A stretch of DNA of 33,534 bases from Octopus bimaculoides (GCF_001194135.2 NC_068998.1:8963279-8996812); one strand, 5' to 3'; shown: positions 11,000-22,049, counted from the stretch's first letter. Notes: a model not told the origin generated them from the letters alone. A program made the numbers and translations.

Positions 11000-11180
11000 T
11001 TGACCAAATTGTTTTCTCATTGTCATGGACACCTTCCAAGTGACCTTTTCTGATCTCTTGGATACCATTCAGCAACTGCATAGGTCAACCTGTTGTCTGT
11101 GGTCCTAGGGATATGTCTGGCACAGCCAGCCACACTTGTGCCTTCAGTGTTCTGCAATTACATTATTTCCTCAGCTCTGT
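11000..11180 (-). pseudogene. RTE-clade LINE ORF C-terminal remnant
   Basis: The minus frame 11124-11023 reads CARHIPRTTDNRLTYAVAEWYPRDQKRSLGRCP*, matching the RTE motif WAGHxARxxDNRWTxxVxEWYPRxxKRxxGRPxxRW. It carries stops and frameshifts. Confidence 0.75.
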
Positions 11181-11188
11181 TCTAAAGT

Positions 11189-11235
<47 letters not shown>

Positions 11236-11559
11236 TAAATATGTTTGTGTTTCTGTACTTTGTTATATGTATGTGTGTATGTGTGAGTGTGTGTGTGTGT
11301 GCACTTCATTAGAAATATTTCCTTTCTATGTTACATATGTTTCTGTACCTTGTCATGTGTGTACCTGTGCTTTGTTTTACACACACACACACACACACAA
11401 GTTGGTGCTTTGTGTGGGGGTGTGTATTGCTGTGCTTTTATTACATAAAGCATTTCTGTTCTCCGTTTGTGGACTTCATTATAAACATTTCTCTGCTTCA
11501 TTATAATGCTTTGCGTATAGTGAAACTTGTTTATTTTTATTTTTGTTGTTGTAAAAAAT

Positions 11560-12129
11560 AACAATAACGCTAATAATAATAATAATAATTGTTGTTGCTG
11601 TTGTAGTTGTTGTTATCACTATTATTATTATTAGGTTTTGTTTTGTTAAGTTGCCTCTAGCAATGACTTATCAGCTACAAGCACCAGGGGATATGGTTAG
11701 CTAATGACTCCTTGTTACCACTACCACCACCACCACTGCCACCACCACAACAACAACCACCACAACAACAATATTGTTCTAGTGTTGCTGTTATGACCAC
11801 CACTATCATCAGCAGCAGTAGCATGACTATCACCATCATCATCATCACCACAACTGTCATAATCATCACCACCATCATCATCATCGTCATCAACACTACC
11901 ATCATCATGACCACCGCCACCACCACTGCCATCAGTGTTATCACCACCACCATCACCACCACCTCCATCGATCTCCGTCACCATAGCTAACAACAGCAGC
12001 GCCATCATAGCAATCAACCGACCACCTCACCAACGTGGAACTACCTTTACCATGACAACACCTTCACCACTGTCACTGTCACTAACTCCATCATCATCAT
12101 CATCATCACCAGCTACCTACCACCATCAC
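11560..12129. repeat. (AAT)/(GTT)/(CAC)/(CAA)/(CAT)n trinucleotide mosaic
   Basis: Directly visible. Confidence 0.9.
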
Positions 12130-12298
12130 NNNNNNNNNNNNNNNNNNNNNNNNNNNNNNNNNNNNNNNNNNNNNNNNNNNNNNNNNNNNNNNNNNNNNNN
12201 NNNNNNNNNNNNNNNNNNNNNNNNNNNNNNNNNNNNNNNNNNNNNNNNNNNNNNNNNNNNNNNNNNNNNNNNNNNNNNNNNNNNNNNNNNNNNNNNNN

Positions 12299-12331
<33 letters not shown>

Positions 12332-12351
12332 GTGTGTGTTTTGGCTTGCAT

Positions 12352-12655
12352 GTCATCATTTGTTGTCTATCTTCGATGCTGGCATGGGTTGGATGGTTTG
12401 ATAGGAGATGACAAGCCTGAGGACTGTACCAAGCTCCACTGTCTTCCTTGACATGGTTAGTAAGGTTGGTGCCCTTCCTAACACCAACCACTTTACAGAG
12501 TGGTCTCAGAGTTTTTTTATGCGACACCAGCACCAATGAGACCTGCTTTGGCATGGTTTTTTAAGGCTGGATGCCCTTCCTAGTACCAATCATTTTGGAG
12601 AGTAGGCTGGGTGCTTTTTATGTGACACCAGTACCAGTAAGGTCGGCTTTCACAT
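12352..12655 (-). mobile_element. Family B variant with duplicated core unit
   Basis: catgggttggatggtttga..tgcccttccta..accaa occurs twice (~12470 and ~12570). Confidence 0.7.
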
Positions 12656-12699
12656 AGTTATATATTGATATGCGTATATATATATAGATATGTATATGC

Positions 12700-12965
12700 C
12701 TTACTGGCACTTGGCCGGTAGCATGTGAAAAAACATTCGAGCGAGGTCATTGCCACTGCTGCTGGCTTGGCTTCTGTGCAGGTGGCACATAAAATACACC
12801 ATATTGAGCGTGGCCGTTGCCAGTACCGCCTGACTGGCCTTCATGCTGGTGGCACATAAAAGCACTCACTACACTCTCGGAGTGGTTGGCTTTAGGAAGG
12901 GCATCCAGCTGTAGAAACTCTGCCAAATCAGATTGGAGCCTGGTGTATCCATCTGGTCAGCATGC
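12700..12965 (+). mobile_element. Family B element, 3' end incomplete
   Basis: Tandem gtggcacataaaa units followed by ggagtggttggctttaggaagggcatccagctgtagaaactctgcc. Confidence 0.8.
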
Positions 12966-13019
12966 TTGACAAAAATGCTGAATGGCATTTTATCCTTTCA
13001 TTCTAACTAAATCCTATGG

Positions 13020-13150
13020 AGGTCAAGCACCAGCTTACAAGACTTTAGTTGGCCTGGGGGCTTTAGGAGGAGACATTTGCCCAGGGTGTCACACAGTGGG
13101 ACTGAACCCATGACCATGTGGTTTGCAAGTAAATCTCCAAGTTCCATGCT
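13020..13150 (-). mobile_element. Family A SINE head fragment
   Basis: gacatttgcccagggtgtcacacagtgggactgaaccc..accatgtggtttgcaag is the reverse of the family A head. Confidence 0.7.
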
Positions 13151-13992
13151 GACCTGTGTCCAGTGTTTTGACCAAGAATTGATAGGTTCAAGGACTGGGT
13201 TGCGCTCTAATGCCTGTTTTGGCATAGTTCCTGCAGCTGGACACCAAGTGGTTTTCTTGCCCCAATGCTGGGCATTCAAATCACTTCGGAGTCACTGTCA
13301 GACACTGTTCCTTTCACGTCCTTTGTTTTCCCACAAACTTGTATCACTACAACCACTTAGGCATTTTTTTTTTTTTTACATTTATTTATTTTTTTCTTGT
13401 TATCCATCTTATGCCATAATTGGAGCATGCAATACATACAATTGCTCTCGCTCACACATATAAACAAGACACACACACACATACACATACGGACCTTCAC
13501 AAACACCACTCATGAAGGCCCCCTCCTCCCCACACGTATTCTCAGAGATCTCTATAAAATTCCTTTGCTGTAATTATTGCTTTTCTTTCCTCGATATCCT
13601 CCTCCCTCACCTCACCCACCTCTGCCCCCTCCTCCTCCTTTTCCTCCAATGCTTTCGTTTTTTCTTTTCTCTGTTTCTCTTTTATCTCTTCTCTCTCTCT
13701 CTCTCTCTCCGTCATCCTCCGTCACTCTGATTATTGATTTAACTACCTCCCCCCCACCTCCACCCTACCTAAGCACTGCTATTAATGATTGATATTATTG
13801 ACATCATTCTAGTGTTTCTTTATTCACTCACACTTGTGTTTCTTCTCGCTCTTTCCTCTGCCTGTCTGGTCTTTCCGTCTGTCTGTTCCTCCATCTCTCT
13901 CTCTCTCTTTCTCTCTCTCTCCATATATTTTTCTTTCCTCCATCCGTCGTTCCATCTGTCCAATTTATCTGTGTGTGTCTGTGTGTTTTATC

Positions 13993-14280
13993 TTTTACAT
14001 GTTTCTGTCATTTGACTGCGGCCATGCTGGAGCACTGCCCCAAACGGTTTCCATTGAAGAAATCGACCCCAGGACTTATTTTATGCCTAACACGTATTTT
14101 ATTGGATTTTTTCTTTTTTTTTGGCCGGACCTGTTAAGTTATGGGTGAGCAAGTACACCAACACCTATTGTCGAGCTGTGATGTTGGAGGATGGACACAC
14201 ACACACACACACACACACACAACAAGCTTCTTTCAGTTTCCTCCTACCAAATCCAATCGCAAGGCTTTGGTTGGTCCAGC
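13993..14280 (-). mobile_element. Family A SINE, 5'-truncated
   Basis: gtcatttgactgcggccatgctggagcactgcc..atcgaccccaggacttatt..(CA)n..cttctttcagtttcc..ccaaatcca..caaggctttggttgg. Confidence 0.8.
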
Positions 14281-14599
14281 AAATCAACTCCAACAATTAA
14301 TTTTTCACAGTCTGATATTCATTCTGTTGGTCAGTCTTTGCAGAGCCAGTAAGTTACTGCAGTAAGGAGCTACTCAGAGGTTTCGCAAGCTTTTCTAAAT
14401 CCATTGCAAAAGCTGGAAACCTTTCCTTTGCCCTTTATCCTGTATGCTTTACCCGAGTGGGACATCAAGGACTGATCTAGTCTTCACCAGCAAAAGGGTT
14501 CCATTTGTGATCTCTTTTAACGACCATAGCCATCTTCAGTTTGTTTCAGCTGCTAAGATTATTGCTTCAGTTGTCTGGGCATGTTTTTTGTTCTTATTG

Positions 14600-14731
14600 C
14601 CAACTTTTATGTGTCCTGAGAGGATGATGAAAGAGACAAAGTTGACCTCAGCAGGATTTGAACTCGGGATGTAAAGATTCGGAGGAAATGCTGTGAAGCA
14701 TTTCTCTAACTATTGAGCCTGCACGCTGCCT
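14600..14731 (-). mobile_element. Family C tRNA-derived SINE 5' part
   Basis: caaagttgacctcagcaggatttgaactc (reverse B-box GAGTTCAAATCC)..gcattttc..acgctgcctt. Confidence 0.6.
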
Positions 14732-14767
14732 TCCAAAATGGTGATGATAATAAAAATGATGTAAATA

Positions 14768-14800
<33 letters not shown>

Positions 14801-14940
14801 ATATGTTCATATACACAAATTGCTCCCTCGTATGTGTGTGTGTGTGTGTGTATATGTGTATATATGTGTTTGTGTGTATGTACATGTGCATGTATATGTG
14901 TGCGTGTGTATATATATATATATATATGTGTGTGTGTATG

Positions 14941-14976
<36 letters not shown>

Positions 14977-15200
14977 CGTGTGTGTGTGTGTGTTTACACA
15001 GACACACACACATGCACAGAAAGTGAGAGATATTGAAAACAGCTTATGGATAGATAATAAGATAGGTATTTAAAGAAGTATAATATAGAAAGACAGATAA
15101 ATGGATGTATATTTAGAGAGAGATATATATATATATATGTATAGATAGATCGACAGACAGATAGATAATGAGGTAGATAGATATTTCAAGTGATAATAGA
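14768..15200. repeat. Compound (TG)/(TA)n and (GATA)n-like microsatellite
   Basis: Directly visible. Confidence 0.9.
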
Positions 15201-15642
15201 TAGGTAGATAGACGAATGAGGAAAGAGAGAAGAGGCGAAAGTGAAGGAATGTTTTTGATAATGTAAGCTTGCTGAATGGTAAACCATAATGCTGATGGCA
15301 CTTCATTGTAATTAGCTGTATTTAAACGAGCTTTCAGCCTTGCCATGCTGGTTAGGTTCCAGTAACTCGAGCTCGTTACAAATAATCAATTGTTATTCGA
15401 GTCACTTTCAATACAACTGCAAGAGCCATGTAATTTTATCTTCCATTTAAAGAAAGAAATAAAAATTACCAAACGCACACACATGCATACATACATACAT
15501 ACATACATACATGCATACATACATAATGCACGCATGGGTATGCGCGTAGGCACACATACACATGGGTATACCTGCACAGATGCATACATACACGCCAATA
15601 CACTTGCACACATACATGTACTCACACACATACAGGCATGTT

Positions 15643-15673
<31 letters not shown>

Positions 15674-15905
15674 GTGCATGCACACGCATGCATGACTGTT
15701 CGCACATACGCATAAGCAAGCTCACAAACAAACGTGCACATGCACGCATGATTGGGTGTACTTGCACATTCACACAAGAATGCTTGCAGACACACACACA
15801 CACACACACACAGAGTTATTCGCTTATATATTTAGTCACAATTATATGTGTATGCATTGATGTACACTTCTATATATAGCTTCATGCATGCTTGCTGACA
15901 TGCAT

Positions 15906-15952
<47 letters not shown>

Positions 15953-16645
15953 AGAGAGGAGGAGAGTGCGAGCATGTGTGAATGAAAGCATCAAAGTATA
16001 TGCAAACGTATACTGCGACATGTTGCAACATGCTGCCTTTTTGTGAATGCGCCGTTGCGTGCATGGCGCTGCGATTTCCCCCCACACACCTAACCTTGCG
16101 AACACGCTAGCAAGCGAGTGTTGCTGAAATGAACACGCATACAAAAATGTCATAACCCACACACATATACACATACACGCTTATACAGAAATCACAAATA
16201 CACACACACATTCTTCGTACACATACGAAAGAACATGCGACTGTCGCACAGATGACTAACGACATGTACGTGCATATACGCATGCTCACCTCACCGTAAT
16301 GGACACGTATACGCAATTATCTCGCGCTCTCTCTTTCTCTGTCGCTCATTCATATAGACAGGCATTTAGCTCTCAATCGTACTCCACAATTGCTTGCTCT
16401 CTCTCTCTCTCTCTCTCACTCTCTCCTACCCACCCTCATACGCACCTGACTACCTTGTATACAACACAACCATCTAACTTGTAAATAGCAACGTACTAAT
16501 GCATCTCATGTTGGCAACTATTTCACACAGTCACATGCATAACAACACTAAACAGAAAAACTATATATACATACATGTATGCATGCACACATTCATACGA
16601 TTTATATATATATATATGTATGTATATATATATATATATATATAT

Positions 16646-17105
16646 TTCTTTTACTCGTTTCAGTCATTTGGCTGCGGCCATGCTGGAGCACTGCCTTTAG
16701 CCAAACAAATCGGCTCCAGGACTTATCCTTTCTAAGCCTAGTACTTATTCTATCGGTCTCTTTTGCCAAACTGCTAGGTTACGAGGGTGAAAACATGGCA
16801 ACATCAGTTGTCAAGTGATGGGTTGGGGACAAACAGACACACAAACATATGCACATATACACAATAGGCTTCTTTTGTATATATATACACACACACATAC
16901 ATACATATATATATACATACCTATATACATACATATATATATATATGACAGGCTTCTTTCAGTTTCTGTTTACCAGATCCACGCACAAGGCTTTGGTTGG
17001 CTCGAGGCTATAGTAGAAGACACTTGCCCAACGTGCCACGCCGTGGCACTGAACCCAGAATGATGTGGTTGGGAAGCAAGCTACTTACCACACAGCCACT
17101 CCTGT
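16646..17105 (-). mobile_element. Full-length family A SINE inserted in a (TA)n tract
   Basis: Reverse complement of 5075-5445 with an expanded central (TA/CA)n linker. (TA)n lies on both flanks. Confidence 0.85.
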
Positions 17106-17789
17106 GCTTATATATATATATATATATATATCAACTAATTTGATAAGTGCCAGTGCATGAAACTGTTGCTCCTTGAGTCACTCTATTTAATATTTATAAA
17201 AATATGCATAAACTCTTATTTTGAATATTGTGTTTTTTTTTGTGTTTGCAACACCATACCTGTATGCTTATATATATACATACAGATACATATACACACA
17301 CATATCTTTATATGTATATTTNNNNNNNNNNNNNNNNNNNNNNNNNNNNNNNNNNNNNNNNNNNNNNNNNNNNNNNNNNNNNNNNNNNNNNNNNNNNNNN
17401 NNNNNNNNNNNNNNNNNNNNNNNNNNNNNNNNNNNNNNNNNNNNNNNNNNNNNNNNNNNNNNNNNNNNNNNNNNNNNNNNNNNNNNNNNNNNNNNNNNNN
17501 NNNNNNNNNNNNNNNNNNNNNNNNNNNNNNNNNNNNNNNNNNNNNNNNNNNNNNNNNNNNNNNNNNNNNNNNNNNNNNNNNNNNNNNNNNNNNNNNNNNN
17601 NNNNNNNNNNNNNNNNNNNNNNNNNNNNNNNNNNNNNNNNNNNNNNNNNNNNNNNNNNNNNNNNNNNNNNNNNNNNNNNNNNNNNNNNNNNNNNNNNNNN
17701 NNNNNNNNNNNNNNNNNNNNNNNNNNNNNNNACACACACCTCCATAAATATGTACACATGTTTGAGCTTCACGAAGTGCTTTGGACCCG

Positions 17790-17863
17790 CACTTCATGTC
17801 GAACTGTCCAACCCATGCCAGCACGGGGAAAAGGACATTAAATAATGATGACGATGATGATAG
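17790..17863 (+). mobile_element. Family B 3' tail fragment
   Basis: aactgtccaacccatgccagcacggggaaaaggacattaaataatgatgacgatgatga. Confidence 0.7.
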
Positions 17864-17949
17864 TGATATGTAACATAGCCCTATAGATACGCACACACAT
17901 TTGCAGACACACACACACACACACACATAGCACTCCTTATACTTCATTA

Positions 17950-18132
17950 TAACATTGCCTTACACATCACATACACTATGTGCATTTTATACTTACATAA
18001 CATAATATTCCCTGATACACACACACACACTAACACATGTGCACATGCATGAACAAACACACACATGCAACACATGCTGTGTATATAAATATACACACAT
18101 TCTGTACATATACACTTGTACATTCCCTTAAG

Positions 18133-18167
<35 letters not shown>

Positions 18168-18256
18168 ATTCTAACCCAGCACAAACACACATACGCCATG
18201 TACATATTCTATTCACAATAACATAATATCTATTCCCTGATGCATACACTCACACA

Positions 18257-18294
<38 letters not shown>

Positions 18295-18360
18295 GCCCTA
18301 ACCTTACACACACACACACACATACTCTAATGTACATTTCATACTCATAACATTCCCTGA
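17950..18360. repeat. Microsatellite-scaffolded tandem array, ~110-120-bp period
   Basis: Anchor attccct at 18007, 18122, 18232 and 18352 (variant attgcct at 17954), separated by (CA)/(TA) runs. Confidence 0.6.
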
Positions 18361-18540
18361 CGTGTGTGTACACAGAAACACACACACACAGAAACGCACA
18401 CACACACACATACACACATACACGCATGCACACACATATACACACACCCCCATTACTTATCTCTGATGAATTGTAATTCTTTCATTTCACTAACTTCAAA
18501 ATGTTTTATTGATTTGATAGCTGAAATATTTTTATTTCAT

Positions 18541-18895
18541 TGACTGCCAGATGTATTAAACACTCTCTCTCTCTGCACACATATATATATGTGTGTAGGT
18601 GTGTTTATGTATGTCTGTGTGTGGGGGTGTGTGTACATAGCTGCTTGATGCATTAAACATTGTGTTGTGTATGTGAAACACTAGCGACTGTGTAGGTGAT
18701 GATTGTATGTGTTTGTAGATGTGTGTATAACTGCTAGATGCTTTAAATGTGTGTATGTAGGTGATGATTAGTCTGTGCGTTGTCTCTCTCCCCCCTCTCT
18801 CTCTCTCTGTCTCTCTATATGTATATATATATTTATATATGTATATGTATGTGTGTGTGTGTATGTGTGTTGATGATTGTCGATGTATATAAATA

Positions 18896-18926
<31 letters not shown>

Positions 18927-19008
18927 ATGACTGCTAGATGCATTAAAAATTTTGTATGTGTGTGGATGTAGTGATGATGTGTCTGTGTGTGATGATAGTA
19001 TAATGTAT

Positions 19009-19042
<34 letters not shown>

Positions 19043-19061
19043 AACTGTTAGATGCATTAAA
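18541..19061. repeat. Tandem array of five 20-bp anchors separated by (TG)-rich spacers
   Basis: tRactgctagatgcattaaa variants at 18541, 18638, 18728, 18928 and 19042. Confidence 0.75.
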
Positions 19062-19499
19062 TATTGTGTGTATGGAGACTATGATCATAATGATTATGTA
19101 AATATGAATGTATGTGTGTGTTTGTGTGTGTGTGTGTGTGTGTNNNNNNNNNNNNNNNNNNNNNNNNNNNNNNNNNNNNNNNNNNNNNNNNNNNNNNNNN
19201 NNNNNNNNNNNNNNNNNNNNNNNNNNNNNNNNNNNNNNNNNNNNNNNNNNNNNNNNNNNNNNNNNNNNNNNNNNNNNNNNNNNNNNNNNNNNNNNNNNNN
19301 NNNNNNNNNNNNNNNNNNNNNNNNNNNNNNNNNNNNNNNNNNNNNNNNNNNNNNNNNNNNNNNNNNNNNNNNNNNNNNNNNNNNNNNNNNNNNNNNNNNN
19401 NNNNNNNNNNNNNNNNNNNNNNNNNNNNNNNNNNNNNNNNNNNNNNNNNNNNNNNNNNNNNNNNNNNNNNNNNNNNNNNNNNNNNNNNNNNNNNNNNNN

Positions 19500-19546
<47 letters not shown>

Positions 19547-19662
19547 CACACATACATTTACACATACAGACACAATGGTGGTGGCTGTGTGTATGTATAT
19601 GTATTGTGTGTGTATGTATTGTCGTTTGATTGTAAATGTGTGTGCTTTATTGTAGCTGCTGT

Positions 19663-19700
<38 letters not shown>

Positions 19701-20011
19701 ATATAGTTGTGGTTGTACATATATATATACGTAAGTGTATCGTTTTTTTAATGCTTTTACTTTAAAATATTCTTCTCGTTTAATGTAAAAACAATGTTTA
19801 TTTACTCTCTGTAGAAATACACAGTAAAAGTCGGAGTGTGTGTGTGTGTGTGTTGTATGTGTGTATGTGTTGTATGTATATATGGGTTGTATGTGTATAT
19901 GTGTTGTATGTGTGTGTGTGCCATGTTGTACAAAGGAAACAAGGAGTTAACGATGTTTTCAAACGTGGAAAAAAATAAAAGCACGTAAAAAAAAATTTAC
20001 AAGAAATAGCA

Positions 20012-20079
<68 letters not shown>

Positions 20080-20416
20080 TCATGTATGTATATTGTGTAT
20101 AGATGTATATATATATTTATTTCTTTGTGTGTATAATGTATTTTTTCCTGTGTTTGTATTTGCCTGTATTGCAAATGGTTTTATTACGATTCCTGCACTG
20201 GGCAAGAATTAGGTCAGAAAACTTTCATGATGGATGTTGCGTTCTTTGTGTTTGCCCTTCTTCAAACAATGGTGGTTGGCCATATTGGCTCCCCCCCTCC
20301 CTGCCTGCCTCCACTTTCCCCTGTATTGAAGGCATTTCCTACCTGTAAGGCAAATGAACATAACATGTTTAGCTTACCTGTAAAGGCGACCTGCATATNN
20401 NNNNNNNNTATTCAGC

Positions 20417-20770
20417 ATCATCATCATCATCATCATCATCGGTTAATGTCCGCTTTCCATGCTAGCATGGGTTGGACGATTTGACTGAGGACTGGTGAAC
20501 CAGGAGGCCACACCAGGCTCCAATCTGATTTGGCAGAGGTTCTACAGCTGGATGCCCTTCCTAACACCAACCACTCCGAGAGTGTAGTGGGTGCTTTTAC
20601 GTGCCACCGGTACGAAGGCCAGTCAGGCGGTACTGGCAACGGACACGCTCAAAATGGTGTATTTTACGTGCCACCTGCACAGGAGCCAGTCCAGCGGCAC
20701 TGGCAACGATCTCGCTCGAATGTCATTACACGTGCCACCGGCACAAGTGCCAGTAAGGCGACACTGGTCA
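20417..20770 (-). mobile_element. Family B element, least decayed copy
   Basis: (cat)n tail, complete tail module, and three tandem acgtgccacc.g.ac..g.gccagt units. Confidence 0.85.
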
Positions 20771-20844
20771 TTATGTATATAAATGAGGACATAGAGACAT
20801 TTTTTTTACACTCATTTCTACACAGAGTTCACACTGGTTCAATG

Positions 20845-21047
20845 TAAAAAGTGCTGGTGATGGTGCCACATGAAAAAGCACCAAATCTGGTACTACACAA
20901 AAAGCATCTGGTACACTCTATAAAGTGGTTGGCGTTGGGAAGCGCATCCAGCTGTAGAAACCAAGCCAAAAACAGATTATGGAACCTGGTGCAGCTTCTG
21001 GCTTTGCAAGCATGGAAAACAGATTTTGATGATGATGGTGATGATGA
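20845..21047 (+). mobile_element. Family B variant
   Basis: gtggttggcgttgggaagcgcatccagctgtagaaacc..gcatggaaaacaga..tgatgatgatg. It sits head-to-head with 20417-20770. Confidence 0.7.
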
Positions 21048-21351
21048 ACAATTGTGCACATCTGTATGTCCTGATCTGTACATAGAGGAATCTGTATATA
21101 TGAATTGTATATAGGTTTATGTATGTCCTTTGTGCAATGATTGTGAGCCACTCATGGTTGCATTTCATATCCAACCAATGACTATACTTTAAAACTGGGA
21201 GACGTAGTAGTACTTGTGTGATCCAGGAGAGTCACTTTAGACTGTTTGGTCATATTGCTTGATTTTTGTTCTCTGGGGATCCGGCTGAGGTGATGGCTCC
21301 TGTCTGATGATATTTATTGGATTTATATGTAAACTTAAGCGGTTGACTTAC

Positions 21352-21372
21352 ATGGCAAACCCACCTGTCTTT
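21352..21372 (-). CDS. Candidate 21-nt microexon (alternative 8-nt form 21372-21365)
   Basis: Acceptor tctgtttatcatttctcttttaacttacag|, exon AAAGACAGGTGGGTTTGCCAT, donor |gtaagt, internal donor CAG|gtgggt. All three frames of the 21-mer are open. Confidence 0.3.
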
Positions 21373-21545
21373 CTGTAAGTTAAAAGAGAAATGATAAACA
21401 GACTTAATTTATTTTGACCCTTTTTGGCCACTTTGTTTAATTTTCTGAGTTAGACCCTGCTTCCTGTGTCCTCTTTACTGAGGATCTGGCTGGGTTGAAG
21501 GTTCGTGTTGGTCGACCAATGCCAAGTAGTTACATGGACCAATGC

Positions 21546-21754
21546 CATACATTAGCAGTCAGATGTTGGTTTTTGTTGTGTGTTTATTGTGTACAGGAAG
21601 GGTGTGCGTGTATGTGTATATATATGTGAGTGTGTATATATATGTGAGTGTGTGTGTGTGTATGTATGTATATATATATATATGTGTGTGTGTGTGTGCA
21701 CACATACATTAATCCATGTGTATTCATTCATACCTACCCTCACACCTTATACAT
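21546..21754 (+). repeat. 209-bp direct duplication, copy 1 (probable derived copy)
   Basis: Both ends (catacattagcagtcagatgttgg.. and ..cctaccctcacaccttatacat) are essentially identical to 22603-22811, offset 1057. Confidence 0.9.
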
Positions 21755-22049
21755 GGTCGACCGATGCCACATGCCACATGGTCACGGCAGATGAAGAGGT
21801 ATCTCGCAGTGGTGGGACTAGTTGGGACTCTGCTGAACAATTTGTCCAGCAGGACCCAGGTATATATCAACAACTAATCAACGGTCACTGCAGCTATGCA
21901 CCGTAACAATGCATGCTAGTGTAGCCCTAGATATGCTTATGTTTGAGGCAGGGGAAACACAATGGCAATGCCTTTGATCATAAGAATTTTTAATTTATGC
22001 TGACCTGGGTGGTGTTGGTGGCGATAGGGGGGGGGGTTAAGCAAGAAGT

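Noticed and set aside
14311-14348. Plus-strand 38-nt exon candidate (tttttcacag|...CCA|gtaagt)
   Set aside because: Signals are canonical but the length is not a multiple of 3, the peptide is unrecognised, and a few such AG/GTAAGT pairs are expected by chance in ~30 kb of AT-rich DNA.
14350-14580. Possible LINE endonuclease remnant on the minus strand (TEAIILAAETN..KGQRKGFQLL)
   Set aside because: The resemblance is too vague and needs several frameshifts. It cannot be supported without a profile search.
16016-16035. p53-family-like double half-site around the palindrome catgttgcaacatg
   Set aside because: 16/20 match, but CATG cores are very frequent in this CA/TG-rich region and there is no supporting context.
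18541-19061. CRISPR-like look of repeat-spacer-repeat organisation (also 27457-27810)
   Set aside because: The context is eukaryotic, the repeats are degenerate and only ~20 bp, spacers are microsatellites of very unequal length, and there are no cas genes.
20227-20398. Signal-peptide-like ORF MMDVAFFVFALLQTMVVGHIGSPPPCLPP..
   Set aside because: Hydrophobic starts are common in T-rich DNA. The ORF runs into a gap and a SINE tail, and no family is recognisable.
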